Positions 30,245 to 45,339 are shown, numbered from the stretch's first letter. The stretch: 64,000 bases of DNA from Chrysomallon squamiferum (GCA_012295275.1 CM022673.1:744001-808000), one strand, 5' to 3'. Translations and numbers: made by a program. Notes: generated by a model not told the origin, from the letters alone.

Positions 30245-30445
30245 ACTAATGTTTAACGACATCTCAGCTCATATTAATATCAGTTTTATGATAAATTATG
30301 TCTCATGTTGACTCTAGAGACGAAACCCGCATTCATCATCACTCAATAAGCCTCCTTATATTTATTGGCCGAAATTTCCCATTGGCAGGAACGCACCTAC
30401 CACGGCTTTTGATAAAGTAGTGGAACATCGATTGGAACAGGATAT
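30245..30445. mobile_element. Degenerate interspersed repeat (SINE-like); related fragments at ~31190-31350, ~45440-45700, ~63080-63290 in the opposite orientation
   Basis: The reverse complement here (tcctgttcc...tttatcaaaagccgtggtaggtgcgttcct) aligns by eye with ttcccgttc...tttatcaaaggctgtggcctgcgttttct (31201), ttctcgttc...tttatcagaagtatggcatgtg (45514) and ttcctgttt...tttatcaaaggtaatgacgtgctttcct (63131). Confidence 0.45.
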
Positions 30446-32645
30446 AAGTAAGGGTTGACCGAGCGATACAGCTCAGAATCAAGTTAACCGACTAACCAGT
30501 TAATTAAAACGACCTCACTGAGTCAGTGTTAACAGTTCTGTTATTACGTAATTTACGTTGACTGTAACATGTAACACGATCACAGTGGTTCCACACAAAT
30601 GCAGAATCCATTCGGTGGAAGTTTGCAGTTGTTTCTCAGTGAGCTATGAAAATAAAACAAAATAATGCAGTTTAATTGTTTTAAAGAATATACAGAGAAG
30701 AAGAAGAAGAAGAAGAAGAAGAAGAAGAAGAAGAAACAGGAAGATAGACTTAAAGAGAAAAAACATTAACAGGAATAAAATAAATGCAAAGAAATCGAAT
30801 AGAAATAAATTCAAGAACAGTCGTGGAACCAAACAAACAAAGAATAAATAAATAAATTAATGATTAATTAATAATAATAATAAAAAATGACAGTACAATA
30901 AAACAAACAAACACATAAATAAATAAATAAATAAACAAATGAAGTAAGAAAAAAAAGAATAACAGAAAGAAAACCGAAGCATAAAATAATAATAATAATA
31001 AATTAAATCAACGAAATAAAATAAATCCTAGAAATTATGACACACACACACACACACGCACACAAACATAAATAAACACCAGAATGTATATAAAACTACC
31101 TTGCTTCTCATCATTATCAGAAACCTAAACAAAAGAAGTCTTCATAGATGAATCTGCATCAACGTAGTTATTATAAAAAAATATATGTACAGTGATTTAT
31201 TTCCCGTTCAAACCAGAGCCCCAGGACTGATTTATCAAAGGCTGTGGCCTGCGTTTTCTTTACTAAAAGTAAATTTATGTTTATCTTGTTTTCAGTCAGC
31301 ACTAAATAATAGTGACCCCCTAGTTAATACAATGTGTTAAAAGGTAGTTAAAAACAAATATTCATTCATTAGTTTCACTGTTTTCAGTGATTTATAAACA
31401 TGGGTGAAACAGGCGGGCACAAGAGACTTAAAGAAAAATATTTATTTTCAGGTAACAGCGAGTAAACATATAAATTTTTGAACTCGTAAAAAAAACGTAA
31501 AAGAAAAAATGAATGAAATAAATAAATAAAAGGGGAAAAAATAATAAAAAAAAAAAAATTAAAAATAAATAAAATACAAAATGAAAAAAAAACCCTGTAT
31601 GTTAGTAACCTAGTTAGAAATGTGATATATTGGTTTATTTTTCTATAATCTCGGAAGTATGTTTGCACCATTAAGCATTGTGTGTATTTTTACGTTATTT
31701 TTGTCTTTCTGTCTATTGTTGTGGTTTGCTCGGGGACACTTAACATTTCAGAAATTCTACCTGTATTCGCAACCGCGAAAATATAGAGTTTACGTTGGGG
31801 TTTTTTGTTTGTCTGTTGTTGTTTTTTTTATGTTATATTTCTAAATGAATGTCTTGCATCATTACAAATTTAGACTGAAATTTTATATCACTATCAATTT
31901 AATTTGAATAATATATGGGTCGGATCTTGTTATTTTATAAAACGATCGCAGCTATTGTGGTACATTTAACATTCAAGAAAAAATAATTTCATTATTAAAT
32001 ATACAAAAATATACAGTAAGATAATAACAATAGTAGAATAAATCGTGTGTGTGTATATATGTATGTATTTATGTATGCATGTGTATGTGTGTGTATATAT
32101 GTGTGTGTTTATATGTGTAAATGTGTGTACATTCGTGTATGTATATGCATGTGTGTATGGTATGTATGTGACGTATCATCTGTGTGTATGTGTGTATGTT
32201 GCGTTTGTAAGTGTAAGTCTGTGTTTAAGTGTGTCTATTCGCAATAATTATTCATATATCAAAAATATATCTTCTTGAGATTATTCTGTATTATGGTAGC
32301 TGTTGAAGGTACTTTTTTAATATACCATAATTGAAACTGCTAATAACCGGTTATATCATAAATGCGTATCTAATATTCTCAAAGAAAATAAAAAGAGGAT
32401 AACACTCTTTATTTTCGATTATTCTTTCTTTAATTTGGATCCAGTAACCGATATATTTTTTCATTTGGCGACAGAATCATGGACGTATTATTTATGATAT
32501 TTTTAGGCCCGTGAATAACCCAGTGTCAAGACAGTCGTATTAATCTGCTTTTGTTCTTTGTTAAATAACCAATAGATCAACTGTGTTTTTCATTTCTCAT
32601 TTTCGCTTTTAATTACTGGATTCATTTGATCAGACGTATTTTAAA

Positions 32646-32734
32646 TTAAGTTTGCATTTGGAATAAAATAAAGTTTTAAGTTTGCATTTGGAATAAAATA
32701 AAATTTTAAGTTTGCATTTGGAATAAAATAAAGT
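32646..32734. repeat. 30-bp tandem repeat x3
   Basis: tttgcatttggaataaaata recurs at 32651, 32681 and 32711. Confidence 0.9.
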
Positions 32735-33943
32735 ATTTTACTGTTGAAAACAGTTATAACGGTTGCCGTATAGATTAAAAGATTAATGAGTTATAGGCGA
32801 TACTTGAGTTTGTGTATTTGTGTGTTTTTGTCTGTGTATGTGAGTGTGGTGTAAATGTATATGTGAGTGACTGTATATGTGAATGTATATGTGTACCAAT
32901 CCATTTTTACTTTTTATTTTATTTTTATTTTTTATCATTAAATTTTTGTTGTATATCATGAACCATCATTCACTTTTTTTTTTTTTTTTTTTTTATCAAA
33001 ATTTCTGTTTCATATCATCATTTTTTGTCAAATAAGTCATGTTTAATAGTAATTTTAATATTATAAACTACAATTAGCAATGCAGTGAAAGATCAGATAA
33101 AATAAAATATTAAAACCTTCATCTTTACTAACCTTTGTTATTTACGAATAATTATAAAATAAAATAATAATGCAAATATCAGATAGAATCAAGGAACAAA
33201 CACACAAAAGTAAAACCAAAATTACAAAATATGTACATGCACAATATAAATCAAAGAATAAATTATTCATTTTTCATATTCGTTTTTTCTGCAGGTGTGT
33301 GCTTTAATGTTTACAGACCTATCTAAATGTGTTATATAAGTCTGTGTGTCTATATATATATATATATCTATATCTGTCTGTGTATATACGCATAGGTGTG
33401 TTTGTCTATATTTGCATGTGTGCGTTGGTACGCGCGTATGTGTGTGCACAGTCTAATTCAGGAAAAAAAAGTTTATTTATAGCCTTGATGAGCCTTTTTT
33501 TTCTTTTTAGTTTTTGATTTAGCAATGATTCCGTTCTGCAATGTTTTAAGGGTTTTATTTTTTATTTTTTTCATATCTGTGGAAATGTGCGTACAAAAAG
33601 TTCGCTACTTTCATCGATACGTGCCGCCCAAGAAGCAGCTTGTAATAAAACATAGACGGAATCTTATTACTTTTATTATACAATAAGCGTATGATTGGCA
33701 CGTAATTACCGTTAATATTTAAATTCAGTCACTCATTTATCACGTACAGCGACTTAGGAGAGCTCCTCGCTTAATTCGGATGCCATTTTGCGTTACGGTT
33801 GCGTCAGCCAGTGAGTCGACTGAGCTGGCAGTCAGGATTTCCACGTGACGTGCAAATGCGCTGTCTTCCTGCTCGCAGGCTCGTTTTAATATCTGCAGGC
33901 GGAAATAATATTCCTCGCCGGTTTCGGTAGCATGTCCCATGCC

Positions 33944-33992
<49 letters not shown>

Positions 33993-34344
33993 TTATGAAT
34001 GTATATAGAGAGAGTGGAGGGTTAGAGAAATTTCTAACTAAAAAAAAAGAACTGAAAAAAATCAAGAAACAGTCAAGCAAACAAACAAACAAACAAACAA
34101 AATCAACAGCAACAACAACAACCCGAAACGAAATAATAATAATAAAAAAAAATCAAAAAACCCAACCTCGTTACACAAACAAACTTTGTAATACTTTAAA
34201 CACATTCTCAACAACAACAATTCTCCTTAAAACCATGAAAACAAATTTGATAAAAATTACTGAAACATCAAACAAAAAAAATTAGCGTATCAACACTATC
34301 TTGTTTGCTTGATTAACCTCCATCTCACTGCAGATGTTATCTAG

Positions 34345-34385
<41 letters not shown>

Positions 34386-35439
34386 AATCTATCTATATAA
34401 ATATAATATCTGCAGTGCACTGGAGATTATATATAAATATAAACAAAAAAAATATAGCACCGTAAAGTTAAGCTAACATTTTAAAATTTATTAAACTTGT
34501 ATTGTTTGTCCATAGGCCTGTTTAGTATAATTATTTTACACGTATCCTATTTACGACAAAGAAATATCTGTTTGCAAATAATTAAAACCGTCAGATCATT
34601 TTCGCTTTATCTATACAGCCAGTTTTATCATCGTCCAAGGTTGAATGTTTACACTGTTTGAATTTTATTCCTTATGTTTATTACAGTTCATAAAACATAA
34701 AGAAACATCCTCAAATATTGAACAAAATCATACACAAACTCATAGATACTTTCACGCACACACATACGTACGTACTGACGGATAAAGGACAGTTTCACAT
34801 AAACTCTAACTCAGACACATACACGAATATTAACATATACGCCCATATACCGACATAAATATTTTACCTTTACCTAATACAGAGACGACACAAAAAACGT
34901 AAACGATAAACCTTTTTTTATTTCACAGTATACAAAAAAAATATATATAAGTCAGATTGTACAACCCTCCCTTTTTCAGTTGAGTGTTTCACAGTCCAGA
35001 GAATCTGTATAAAACAAACTAGTATACATTAATAACAATGCTCGCCGAAAAGTACACAGTCGGGTCTTTTGGCAGCTACGTAGGTGTTTGCGCGAGAACA
35101 TACAAAGGGAGATAACACAGCGTACCTCATCCAGTTATTTTGCGAATGTGTGGGCGAGTTGCGAGTGATTGGCTTTTTGTGCTGGCGAGAAGATGACTCA
35201 GCTTTGTTGCCTAACTTCTGGCGAAGTAAATTAGAAGTGAAGTTTTTCAGAGTTTCCATGACGATGATTATGACGATGACGATAATGATGATGATGATAA
35301 GTTTAATTAAAATAAATGTAATATAATGTAATATAATATAATATAATATAATATAATATAATATAATATAATATAATATATATATATAATATAATATAAT
35401 ATAATATAATATAATATAATATAATATAATATAATATAA

Positions 35440-35490
<51 letters not shown>

Positions 35491-36098
35491 TAATAATAAT
35501 ATTAATAATGATGATGGTGATAAGTTTAATTATAATAAATATAATATAATGTAATATAATATAATATAATATATAAATAAATACTAATAATACTAATACT
35601 ACTAATAATAATAATAACAAGAACAACAACAACAACAACAACAATACATAATTCATATTGAATACGACACATTTAAGTTAAAGTTAGTTTAAAGTTTAAG
35701 TAAGCATTTATCTTGTGTTAGACGTCACAGTAAACAACTGCATCCACAATGGAAGGAGGAGGACACATTTTTCAAGAACCTAAAAACTGTCAGTGTAATT
35801 TCAGAAAATGATATAAAGAAACAACGCGATCAACGAACGAATGGATGAGTGAATATTTAACGCGATCTCAACACGAAAAGCACGTTTGACGTTACATTTG
35901 ATGACCTACTAGCTATGAGACGTTCTACGAAAGACAAAACAAATGAGTCGCAAGATTTACACGGCACCCAACAGAACAACAACTTATCAGACGTTTTGAA
36001 ATTTCAGTACATTGTCTTCTAGTGATTACTCGGGTTATTAATACAGTTAAAAAATAGCTGATTTAGGATTCGTTTGTTGTTTGATTCGAAATGAAAAG

Positions 36099-36286
36099 TT
36101 AACACGGTTTTCGTGGATTCAGGACGAGGTTGTAGGGCTCCAGTCGTCTGCAGATGCGCATTCTTGCGGCAAATGGAGGCATCGCTTCGTCTGGCGCGTG
36201 GCAGACGTCGTAGCGTTGCAAGACGTAAGCCAACGTCATAAAAGCGAACACGTGAAACCACTGGTCGCCGATGCAGGATCTTGGTT
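36099..36286 (-). CDS. P450-A exon 4 (heme Cys, stop)
   Basis: Acceptor ttattccag; (E)PRSCIGDQWFHVFAFMTLAYVLQRY...EPYNLVLNPRKPC*; Cys codon 36275-36273; TAA 36101-36099; same 188-nt length as the paralogue's exon 4. Confidence 0.93.
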
Positions 36287-36309
36287 CTGGAATAATAACA
36301 ATAAAATCA

Positions 36310-36349
<40 letters not shown>

Positions 36350-38022
36350 CGACAACAATAACAACAACAACAACAATAATAATAATAATAATAATCGGTT
36401 ATATAATATTTAAAATAAAATATATTTTGTATGTTCAGGATGCTGACATTTCTAAACGTTTATGTAAAATTATATCAACTTAATGCATACTCTATAGGAG
36501 TTCCGATTTAATCACATTTATGTTAATGATTTTTTTTTTATATAAATCTGTTTTGATATATTTAATTTTTCTAAATGTTACTACAAAAAGAAAGAAGAGC
36601 AAAATCGAATAGAAAAAAAAAATGCCCTTATTATTGTTATAACAGTGATGTTTATTTTCTCATCTAAAGCCAGTGAAAAGGAAAACGAACGAAGTCAAAC
36701 AGTCGTAAAGAAAGAAAGAAAGAAAAGCTGCTGAGGCTCACCGACACCAAACGGCATCATGTTTTCAAACGTTCTCACGGTTCCATCCTCGCTAACGTGT
36801 CGCTCTGGTTTGAAGCTTTCAGGATCGTCGAACACCTCCGGTTGTCTGTGAATACAATACACACTAGCGAAAACGCTCGCTCCTTTGGGTACGTGGTAGC
36901 CCTCGATCTCGCTGTCAGCAACGGCAACGTGGGGCAACGTGCTCGGCGAAACGCAGGCCAGTCGCAGGGTTTCCAACACCGTGGCTTTGGTGTACGGAAG
37001 TCGCGGCATGTCGTCCCAGGACGGTTTTCTCGTGGAGCCGACCACCTCGTCGATCTCAGCTTGAATCTTGCTCTGGACTTGAGGATGGTGGATCAAATAG
37101 AGAAAGAGGAACTCCATGCCGGAGAGTGAAGTTACGAGACCTCCGTTAATTATGTCTGAAGCCGTTTGAACTATTTCTTGATCTGAACAAAAAGAAAAAA
37201 AAAAAAAAAAAACAAAGAAAAAGAAAAAGAGGAAACAGTCCGTATAATGGACATAATGGAAAAAGAATCTCTTGCTGAACAGAGATGTTTTCAGGTCAAC
37301 TTTAAGCTGATACTCATGATCAAATAACATAACAAAGGAAAATTGATTTAATTTGATATCTGTTTAGGTATGTACCTATTTATATGTATTTATATATACA
37401 TATGTGTATATTTGCATGTATGTATTTATGTTTGTATTTTTATACGTATATATGTATGAATGTATGTATATGTGTGTTTGTATGCAAGTATATATGTATG
37501 TATATATGTATGTATATGTGTGTATGTATGTATGTATGTATGTATGTATGCATGCATGTATATGTGTGTTTGAATATAAATACTATGCATATACTTATGT
37601 GTGTATGTATATGTATATGTCTATATACGTAAATACGTGTGTACTGACTGCAAAGCATTTGTCTCTATGCATATATAAGTATTTGTGCAAGAAAGGAATA
37701 TAGAATTCTCGTAAAGCAATTTCAATACATTTTTGATCTATGACAATATAAGACCATTCACTAGGAAAATCTTCGATGACATTTTTATGCATTTTGTTTA
37801 AAGGAAAACGTGGATATTGCTACGTGCCGGGTCAGTGGATGTTTAGGAAAACTAACCCAACAGGAGCAGCAAAACGGGATTGTTCCTGTTTGTTTGTGTT
37901 TGTGTTAGTGAGTACAGTTATATCCACTAAATGTAGAAAACGTAGTACCAGCTTTTTAGGGGTGAGATTTTTGCCCGTTATTTGTTTTTTTCTTTGTTTT
38001 TCTTTTTCTTTCTTTCATTCAT

Positions 38023-38058
<36 letters not shown>

Positions 38059-38809
38059 TTTCTTGTACGGGAGTGAATCAACAGCAATGTCGTCAATCTT
38101 TTACCACAGGCTACAACTACAACGTACGGTAAATCCTGCAACTTTTGATCAGGGATTCAGTAATAAATGAAAGAAGTAAAGGAAGTTATTAAAAAAAAAA
38201 AAAAAGTAAAATAAAAAAATAAAAAATAAACAATAAAATAAAGTAATAATAAATATATTGCCAGACATACATATATAATAAATAAAATAATAATTTAATA
38301 AAACAATATAATCGGTACTGACAAAATGCTTTAGAAAACCCACAGAAAAGAAAAAGGAACAAGAAAGAGCCAGACAATAAATAATAATTTAAAAAAATAT
38401 ATAATCGTGACATTATCAGAGATCTAAAAGCTGTTCCAAAACTTAGTACACATAATCAATTCAACGTGGAATTTGATATCAAGAGCTTTGTTAAAATATA
38501 GGTCCTATCTGATAACAGACACGCATATAGAAAATTGTTTTGTTGTCTTCACTGAAACTTTATTGTTGTCATCTGCTTGTAAAGACGACTTAATACCCAT
38601 TAACAAAAGGAACATTTCTCCTTAGAAAATTTCACCAAACTTATGAATGGGTGTCAGAAATTGGGAAAGAGAAGTCGATATTATTCAAGATATATATATG
38701 TATATATATATATATATATAATTTTATAAGCAGCATGAAGTCTTTTTTTCTTTTGTTATGACATTTTTTCTTTAACATAAATTGAACATAAATTGAACAT
38801 AAAAATAGC

Positions 38810-38857
<48 letters not shown>

Positions 38858-38874
38858 AATAATAATAATAATAA

Positions 38875-38905
<31 letters not shown>

Positions 38906-38952
38906 AGGACGAGGAATGATAAAACTGATTTCTAATTAAAGGTTGTCTAAAT

Positions 38953-38990
<38 letters not shown>

Positions 38991-39024
38991 CGGATATCTA
39001 TATCTGTATATCTATATCTATCTA

Positions 39025-39076
<52 letters not shown>

Positions 39077-40071
39077 TATATACATATATATGCCCATCTG
39101 ATATCTAAATCGTAATGACTTTAATCCTATACGATATATCGTGTAGGCAGTGTAATAGTTTAACTCTGACCCACGCTAAAACATATCGAGTAAGAGTTGT
39201 GTCTCTTGATAGTTGCGTCATACTGATATCAATAACACTAACGCGTCGCATCAAATCGCATGTAACAGACAAATGCATAAAATCATGGAACATTTCCAAT
39301 TAGTGCGTATATAAATATTAATACACAAACAAAACAGAGATATATTTACCTGGGGAATATTTCAGCTGAAAGTCGTCGCTGTTTAAAAACAGACTAAGGA
39401 GGTCGTCTGACGTAGTGACCCCGTCTGTAGATTCATGCTTCTGTTTTATCCACGCCCTCAGCACTGTCGCTATCTCAGTCATCAGCTGCCTCAGGTCTGG
39501 AGAACTGTGGGACACGAGCGCCCACAACTTTGGATATTTCAGATTAATGGCAGTGGAAAGCGACATCAAGTCGACCTCGTCCAGAGTCTGGAATAAAACC
39601 ACTAACTTCACGAAGTCTGGATCTTTGTAGTCGTATCTTTTGCCTCTGATGACAGACACCAGAGCGTTCACGAAAGTCGGTCGAAGAACGTCCGTTATGC
39701 TGAATGCCTTCCCGGCATGCTTTTCTATTTCCGCCATCAAGTCGCAGGATTCCTCCTGAAAGTTCTGTACAAAGGTTTCGACAGATGTCTGACTCCGCAG
39801 TCGCTGAATACATATCTTTCTGTTCATACGCCAGTTTTCCCCACTTCCAAAGAGTATTCCTAAAGAAAAAACACATTTTCTGTTAAAACGTGTCTGCTTA
39901 CTGGACTACAGTGAATTAAACAAACAAATGAAATAAACGAAATCTAAAATGAAAACGAAAATAATTAGACTATATTTTTCGTTTTTATTTCTTAAATTCA
40001 TTCTTTCTTCCTCATTTTATACCTTCTTTCGTTGTTTCTTACTTTCTTTATAGTGTGTGTGCATGTACTCC

Positions 40072-40103
<32 letters not shown>

Positions 40104-40580
40104 ATGTGTGTGTGTGAATGTGTGTATATGTGTGTGTGTGCATACATATACAGTCACACTTCCCCTTGTGTTTCTTACTTAAATAGGTTGGACTGTATAA
40201 TTATACATATTTATCTGCAGCTTGCGGTATACATATATATATATTACAATTGCGTGCATGTAGCTTGTAATATGTGAATGAATAATATATGTTCAGAGCT
40301 CCATAGTGTTATTATTTATGCAGCTTTATGTAAGAATGACATTTACAATGAGAGTTTAAGAAATGCAATCCAGCTAACGACAATCATATAGTACGTCTGA
40401 AGCAGAATAGATAAATAAATTTCCACAAAAGCACATTCTACTTCATATGGGCGCGATTTGTATTTTATTTTTAAATCTTTAATTGCAGCTGTATCTAAAT
40501 AAATTCTGTTTCTTACAACATTCTTAAACGTAACGGCATTATATTAAGCATTTGTAATGCTAGAATTTTTAATATATCTA

Positions 40581-40679
<99 letters not shown>

Positions 40680-42006
40680 ACTATCATTATTATTGTTTTG
40701 GTTGTTGCTGTTGTCGTCGTCACTGTTACTATTGTGTTGTTGTTGTTACTACTGTTGTGTTGTTGTTGTTGTTACTACTGTTGTGTTGTTGTTGTTGTTA
40801 CTACTGTTGTGTTGCTGTTGTTACTATTGTTGTTGTTGTTACTACTATTGTATTGTTGTTGTTACTACTATTGTGTTGTTTTTGTTGCTACTATTGTGTT
40901 GTTGTTGTTACTACTATTGTGTTGTTGCTGTTATTGTGATTGTTGTTTGTAAACTTATACACAAGAACATTCGGTTGTTGTTTTTTTCAGTTAAGCTTCC
41001 GCTCCAGCCACTTCTGTTTATATAGGAGACGGTAATAGGTCGGAAATAAATGGATAATAATATATAATAACAACCCACTCGCATAATAATTGCTTCTGCT
41101 TTGCTGGGTTTTTTTTATCACATAACTGGATCACCAAAGCGAGATGAAAGTTAAGCGAAATGGTACAATTTCGATACGCAAAATGTTTTTTAAAGCTGAT
41201 TTAGGATTCAGAAAAGAAGAAAGAAAAAGAAGGTGTGTGCTGCCATGTGTGTTTTCTGTGCAGGATGGTAAATTAAAAAAAAATAAAGATGTTTTGTTAT
41301 TCATTTCTGCTTTAATTCATTTACTTCTTTAGAATGTGAAGGAATGCAGTCAGAGAGAACATAATTACATCAACAAGAACCACGTTTACTTTACAACAGC
41401 TACAGCTTCATGAGGAGTTACATTCACCGTCACCACCTCTAAGGCTACACTCATAAACAACATACACAATACACCGTCACCAACACCAACACCAACACAA
41501 CAACAACGGCAATAATAACAATGATTATAGTGATAATGAAGATATTAAATTATTACGATGGGGATGACGATGATGATGATAACGATAATAATAATAATAA
41601 TGATAATAAATCACTAAATACAAATCTGTGAACTCCCCTTCCTCATTTCCTGAATTAGAATTAGTTATGAACTTTCTATAAAACGAGTGTAAATACCTTC
41701 TCCAATGGCGGCCGGTCCTGGGGGTCGATCAACGAAAACCTTCGAGTTTCTAAGATATTTATTCACCATCGAAACACTGTTCAGGTAGACTAACAGCGCT
41801 GGTCCCATTTTGACGCTGTAGATGTTACCATACCTCTTGTACCACTTCATGTTCGTTTCTGGCCCCTTCCAGAAAGGGAGGCATCCCAAAAAGGGTAGCC
41901 CCCAGGGACCAGGAGGCAGACGGCGTTTCTGGAATATTCTAAACATTGATCCAATGGTTATGAGCAATGCCGTGGCAATGAATATATTTGTTAAGACAAA
42001 ATCCAT
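36099..42006 (-). CDS. Cytochrome P450 paralogue A (microsomal, clan-2-like; atypical catalytic motifs), 482 aa, 4 coding exons
   Basis: join(complement 42006-41697, 39859-39350, 37182-36742, 36286-36099) = 310+510+441+188 = 1449 nt, open frame, all introns GT-AG and phase 1. N-terminal TM anchor, PPGPWGLP hinge, WRMNR (C-helix), ETLR (K-helix), FKPERH, PFGVEPRSCIG heme Cys. Confidence 0.95.
36742..37182 (-). CDS. P450-A exon 3
   Basis: Long pyrimidine tract + CAG; DQEIVQTASDIINGGLVTS...HPQVQSKIQAEID...ETLR...PERH...MPFGV; donor G|GTGAGC at 36741. Confidence 0.95.
39350..39859 (-). CDS. P450-A exon 2
   Basis: Acceptor ttttctttag; (G)ILFGSGENWRMNRK...DFQLKYSP; donor G|GTAAAT at 39349. Confidence 0.93.
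41697..42006 (-). CDS. P450-A exon 1
   Basis: MDFVLTNIF...RRLPPGPWGLPFLGCLPFWKGP...DRPPGPAAIGE; donor G|GTATTT at 41696. Confidence 0.95.
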
Positions 42007-42533
42007 TTTGTTCTTCTTCTTTTTCTTCTTTTTTTCGGAATAACGTTTAGAAATCTCAGGATTATTGTTGTATTTATAGTATATTTCTTATATTTAAAAA
42101 AATAAATAAATAAATATCCCAGTTTCGGCACTAGCGCAATTTTAAAAAAGGTCGTAAACAACCAAGATAATTTCTGAGTTTTGCAAATGGTAAAGTCTAT
42201 ACAAACAGCGTCACGATGCATGACAACTTGCGAGCTCAAGCGTGACGAAAAAAAAGAAGAAGAAAAACTCTTTTGAAAACATGCAAGACAAAAATAAACC
42301 CAGTGAAAACCTGTACTCAATAAAACGTTAAACGACTTCACAAACTAGTCAGGCATGTACTGTTCATTTTCTGTCTTATAGGAATATTTAATGTGACGTC
42401 ATTATTCTGCACGTAATGACCATTAATTCCGTATATATGTATATATGTATTTCTGTGTGTGTGTCTGTGTGTATCCGTCTGTGTGTATGTGTGTGTGTGT
42501 GTATGTATGTATGTACGTACGTACGTACGTACG

Positions 42534-42566
<33 letters not shown>

Positions 42567-43017
42567 ATATTATGTATGTATTTATGTATATGTGTGCATA
42601 TATGGGTCAAAGGCCAGCATTTTTCTGTGGTTATGTCGTAAGTCGTAACATGGTGTACTGTTATAGCTTAGCTTCTTTAGTCGGGAAGCGTAATGCGGAA
42701 CAGAAAGAGCAGTTGAGGAATAAGCTGGTATTACCAGTGAACGATTCGTCCCACACGGGCGATGTTTGCTGCTAAGTGATGTAACCACAGGCTGCTAATC
42801 TGACTCTGCCTGTCTGTCTGTTTTTACCCTTTTTCTCTCTTTCTTTTTATCGTCGTGGATGTTTCTATCTACCTTGTAGTGTTTCTGTCTCTCGCTCTTT
42901 CTCTATTTTACACTTTTTATTTTTATTTTTTAATCTGTCTTCTCTGTGCATTTCTTTCTCTCTCTCTCATTCTCTCTCTCTCTTTCTCTCTCACTCTCTC
43001 TCTCTCATTCTCTCTTG

Positions 43018-43070
<53 letters not shown>

Positions 43071-43286
43071 AGTCTCTCTCTCTCTCACTCTCTCTCATTT
43101 CTCTCTCTCTCTCTCTCAAAAGGAATGCATACTTTAAACAAAGTCTAATATGTTTTATTTAGACTAGAAACACTGATAATATTTAATAAGTAATTGCTTT
43201 AGTTTCTGATATTCCTTACTAAATAAAGGAAATTTAAGTTTAGATGAAGTTAGAAAGGAGTATTCTGTTGTCTTATGTACATAACT

Positions 43287-43392
<106 letters not shown>

Positions 43393-44078
43393 TGTCTATC
43401 TATCTATCTATCTCTATCTGTCTGTCTTTCTAAGACTTCTGAATAGTATACACAGTAAAAAAAAAAATAATAATAAAAAATAAAAAATCCTTTATTATCT
43501 GCATTTACTTCTAAAATTGTTTTCATTTATCATTAAACATTCAGTCATAAAATTTTGTTTTCGATGATTTATTAACATATTTCGTTTTTATTTATTTAAT
43601 TTTTAAATTTTATTCTATTTTTATTATTATTATTAATTTTTTATTTTTATTATTTATTTATTTTTTTGTAGGCGGCTGAATAACAGGCACAGTTAATTTT
43701 GTTGTTGTTGTTTTTTAAAGTTTATTTTATTTATTATTATTTTTAAATGTGCTGTACCTGCAGTCACTTGAACCAGAACTTACGGTATTAGAAATTGCAT
43801 TTGGCCCACAGCACAGTACATAATGTTGTTTCCATGAAAAATAACAGTTCACTCCGTGCATTTGTTAATTAAATTGCGTTATGTTGAGGCAATAACATGC
43901 ACACATAACCTGCTAAGTGCAATAATTAACATAATACGGTGGTTAATAAATTAAAAAAACAACAACAAAAAAACAAAAAACGGAATTTATTTTTTTATAG
44001 TTTAAGAATATGCGTGCAGAAAGTCTTTTGTAAATATATCTTCTTTTTATCTCACATGGTTTTAAAACTCTTCTTTAA

Positions 44079-44146
<68 letters not shown>

Positions 44147-44659
44147 ATTCAATAGCTAAATAATTCCATCAGGAACAATGAACGGAATGTATTTAAATAT
44201 CGGTTTTCCGTTAGAATCGTTTTGTCTAATTTAGAATTAAATATTTATAAAGGTTCGTTGGGTAGTAGGCTTACTTATACATTCAGTCACGACTTTACAT
44301 AATACTTAGCCAAGGGAATAATAGAAACCCGATAAAGATAAGAACAATGTTAAATAATAATAACTATTGTTGTTGTTAGCAGTATAATATAATATAATAT
44401 TATACAATATAATATAACATAACATAACATAACATACCATAATATAATATAATATAATATAATATAATATAATATAATATAATATAATATAATTCTCCGC
44501 GAAAAAAAATAAAATAATAAAAACAAAAGAACAAGAAAAATGATAATAACAAACAAAAAATTCAAAACATCCGATGACTTTACCATTCCTGTTTCACCTA
44601 ACCTTCACTATGATGAAATCGTTTATAATTTCCCATGTGTAAAATCAATTTTTAGGAAA

Positions 44660-45339
44660 ACGTACGCGGAACCGCCAGTCATGGAACGGAACTGAAATCG
44701 GTGGGCGGCGAATTGTGGCGTTTCGCCGTTCATCTTTTCACACCACTTCGCCGAACTGGGGGGGAACCACGCGGATATATTTAACGGATGAGCGTTGAGT
44801 AACTAACGAAATATTTTCCAGCCGATTACAGACGGCTGCTGCTGCGTGTCCCGTGGTCATTACCCAACTCGCTTCTGGCGTCGTTTCAAGAAAGCTTGTT
44901 TGTTATTCTTTCATTCGTGCTAAATACCAGAAGACTCAGAGTACACTTTTTTTTTCTTATTCTTCTTATTATTATTATTTCATTCTCTGGAGCTTAATGT
45001 CAGCGGGCAAGCTGATTGTAAAAAGCTGGAACCATCCTGTTTCCGCTGCCGGAAATGAGGCTCGTGGTCTGTACGTATATATTTAACGCCGAGATAGCCG
45101 ATTGGTGTTTTGTTCGTATGTAAACCTGAATACGTCTTTGTGTTTAACAACCAGCTTCCATAACAAAGCTTGCATATTTCAAAGGGAAAAAAGGAAAAAG
45201 AAAAAAAAAATAAAGAAAAAGAGAGAGAAAAAGATAACAGACACTGTGAACAAGAGGGAGTCAAAGGAACAACGTAGAAGATAAGGAGAACAAAACAAAA
45301 AACAACGAAGAAATAGCCAGGAGTCAGTAAAGTTATCAG
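44660..45339 (+). promoter_or_regulatory. CpG-rich island / candidate promoter and non-coding first exon of P450-B
   Basis: CpG-dense block at about 44660-44890 in an AT-rich intergenic region; ETS-like CCGGAAAT at about 45049; TATA-like TATATATTTAA at about 45076; donor CAG|GTTTGT at 45340 and acceptor ttattttcag at 46080, 138 nt before the ATG. Confidence 0.4.
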
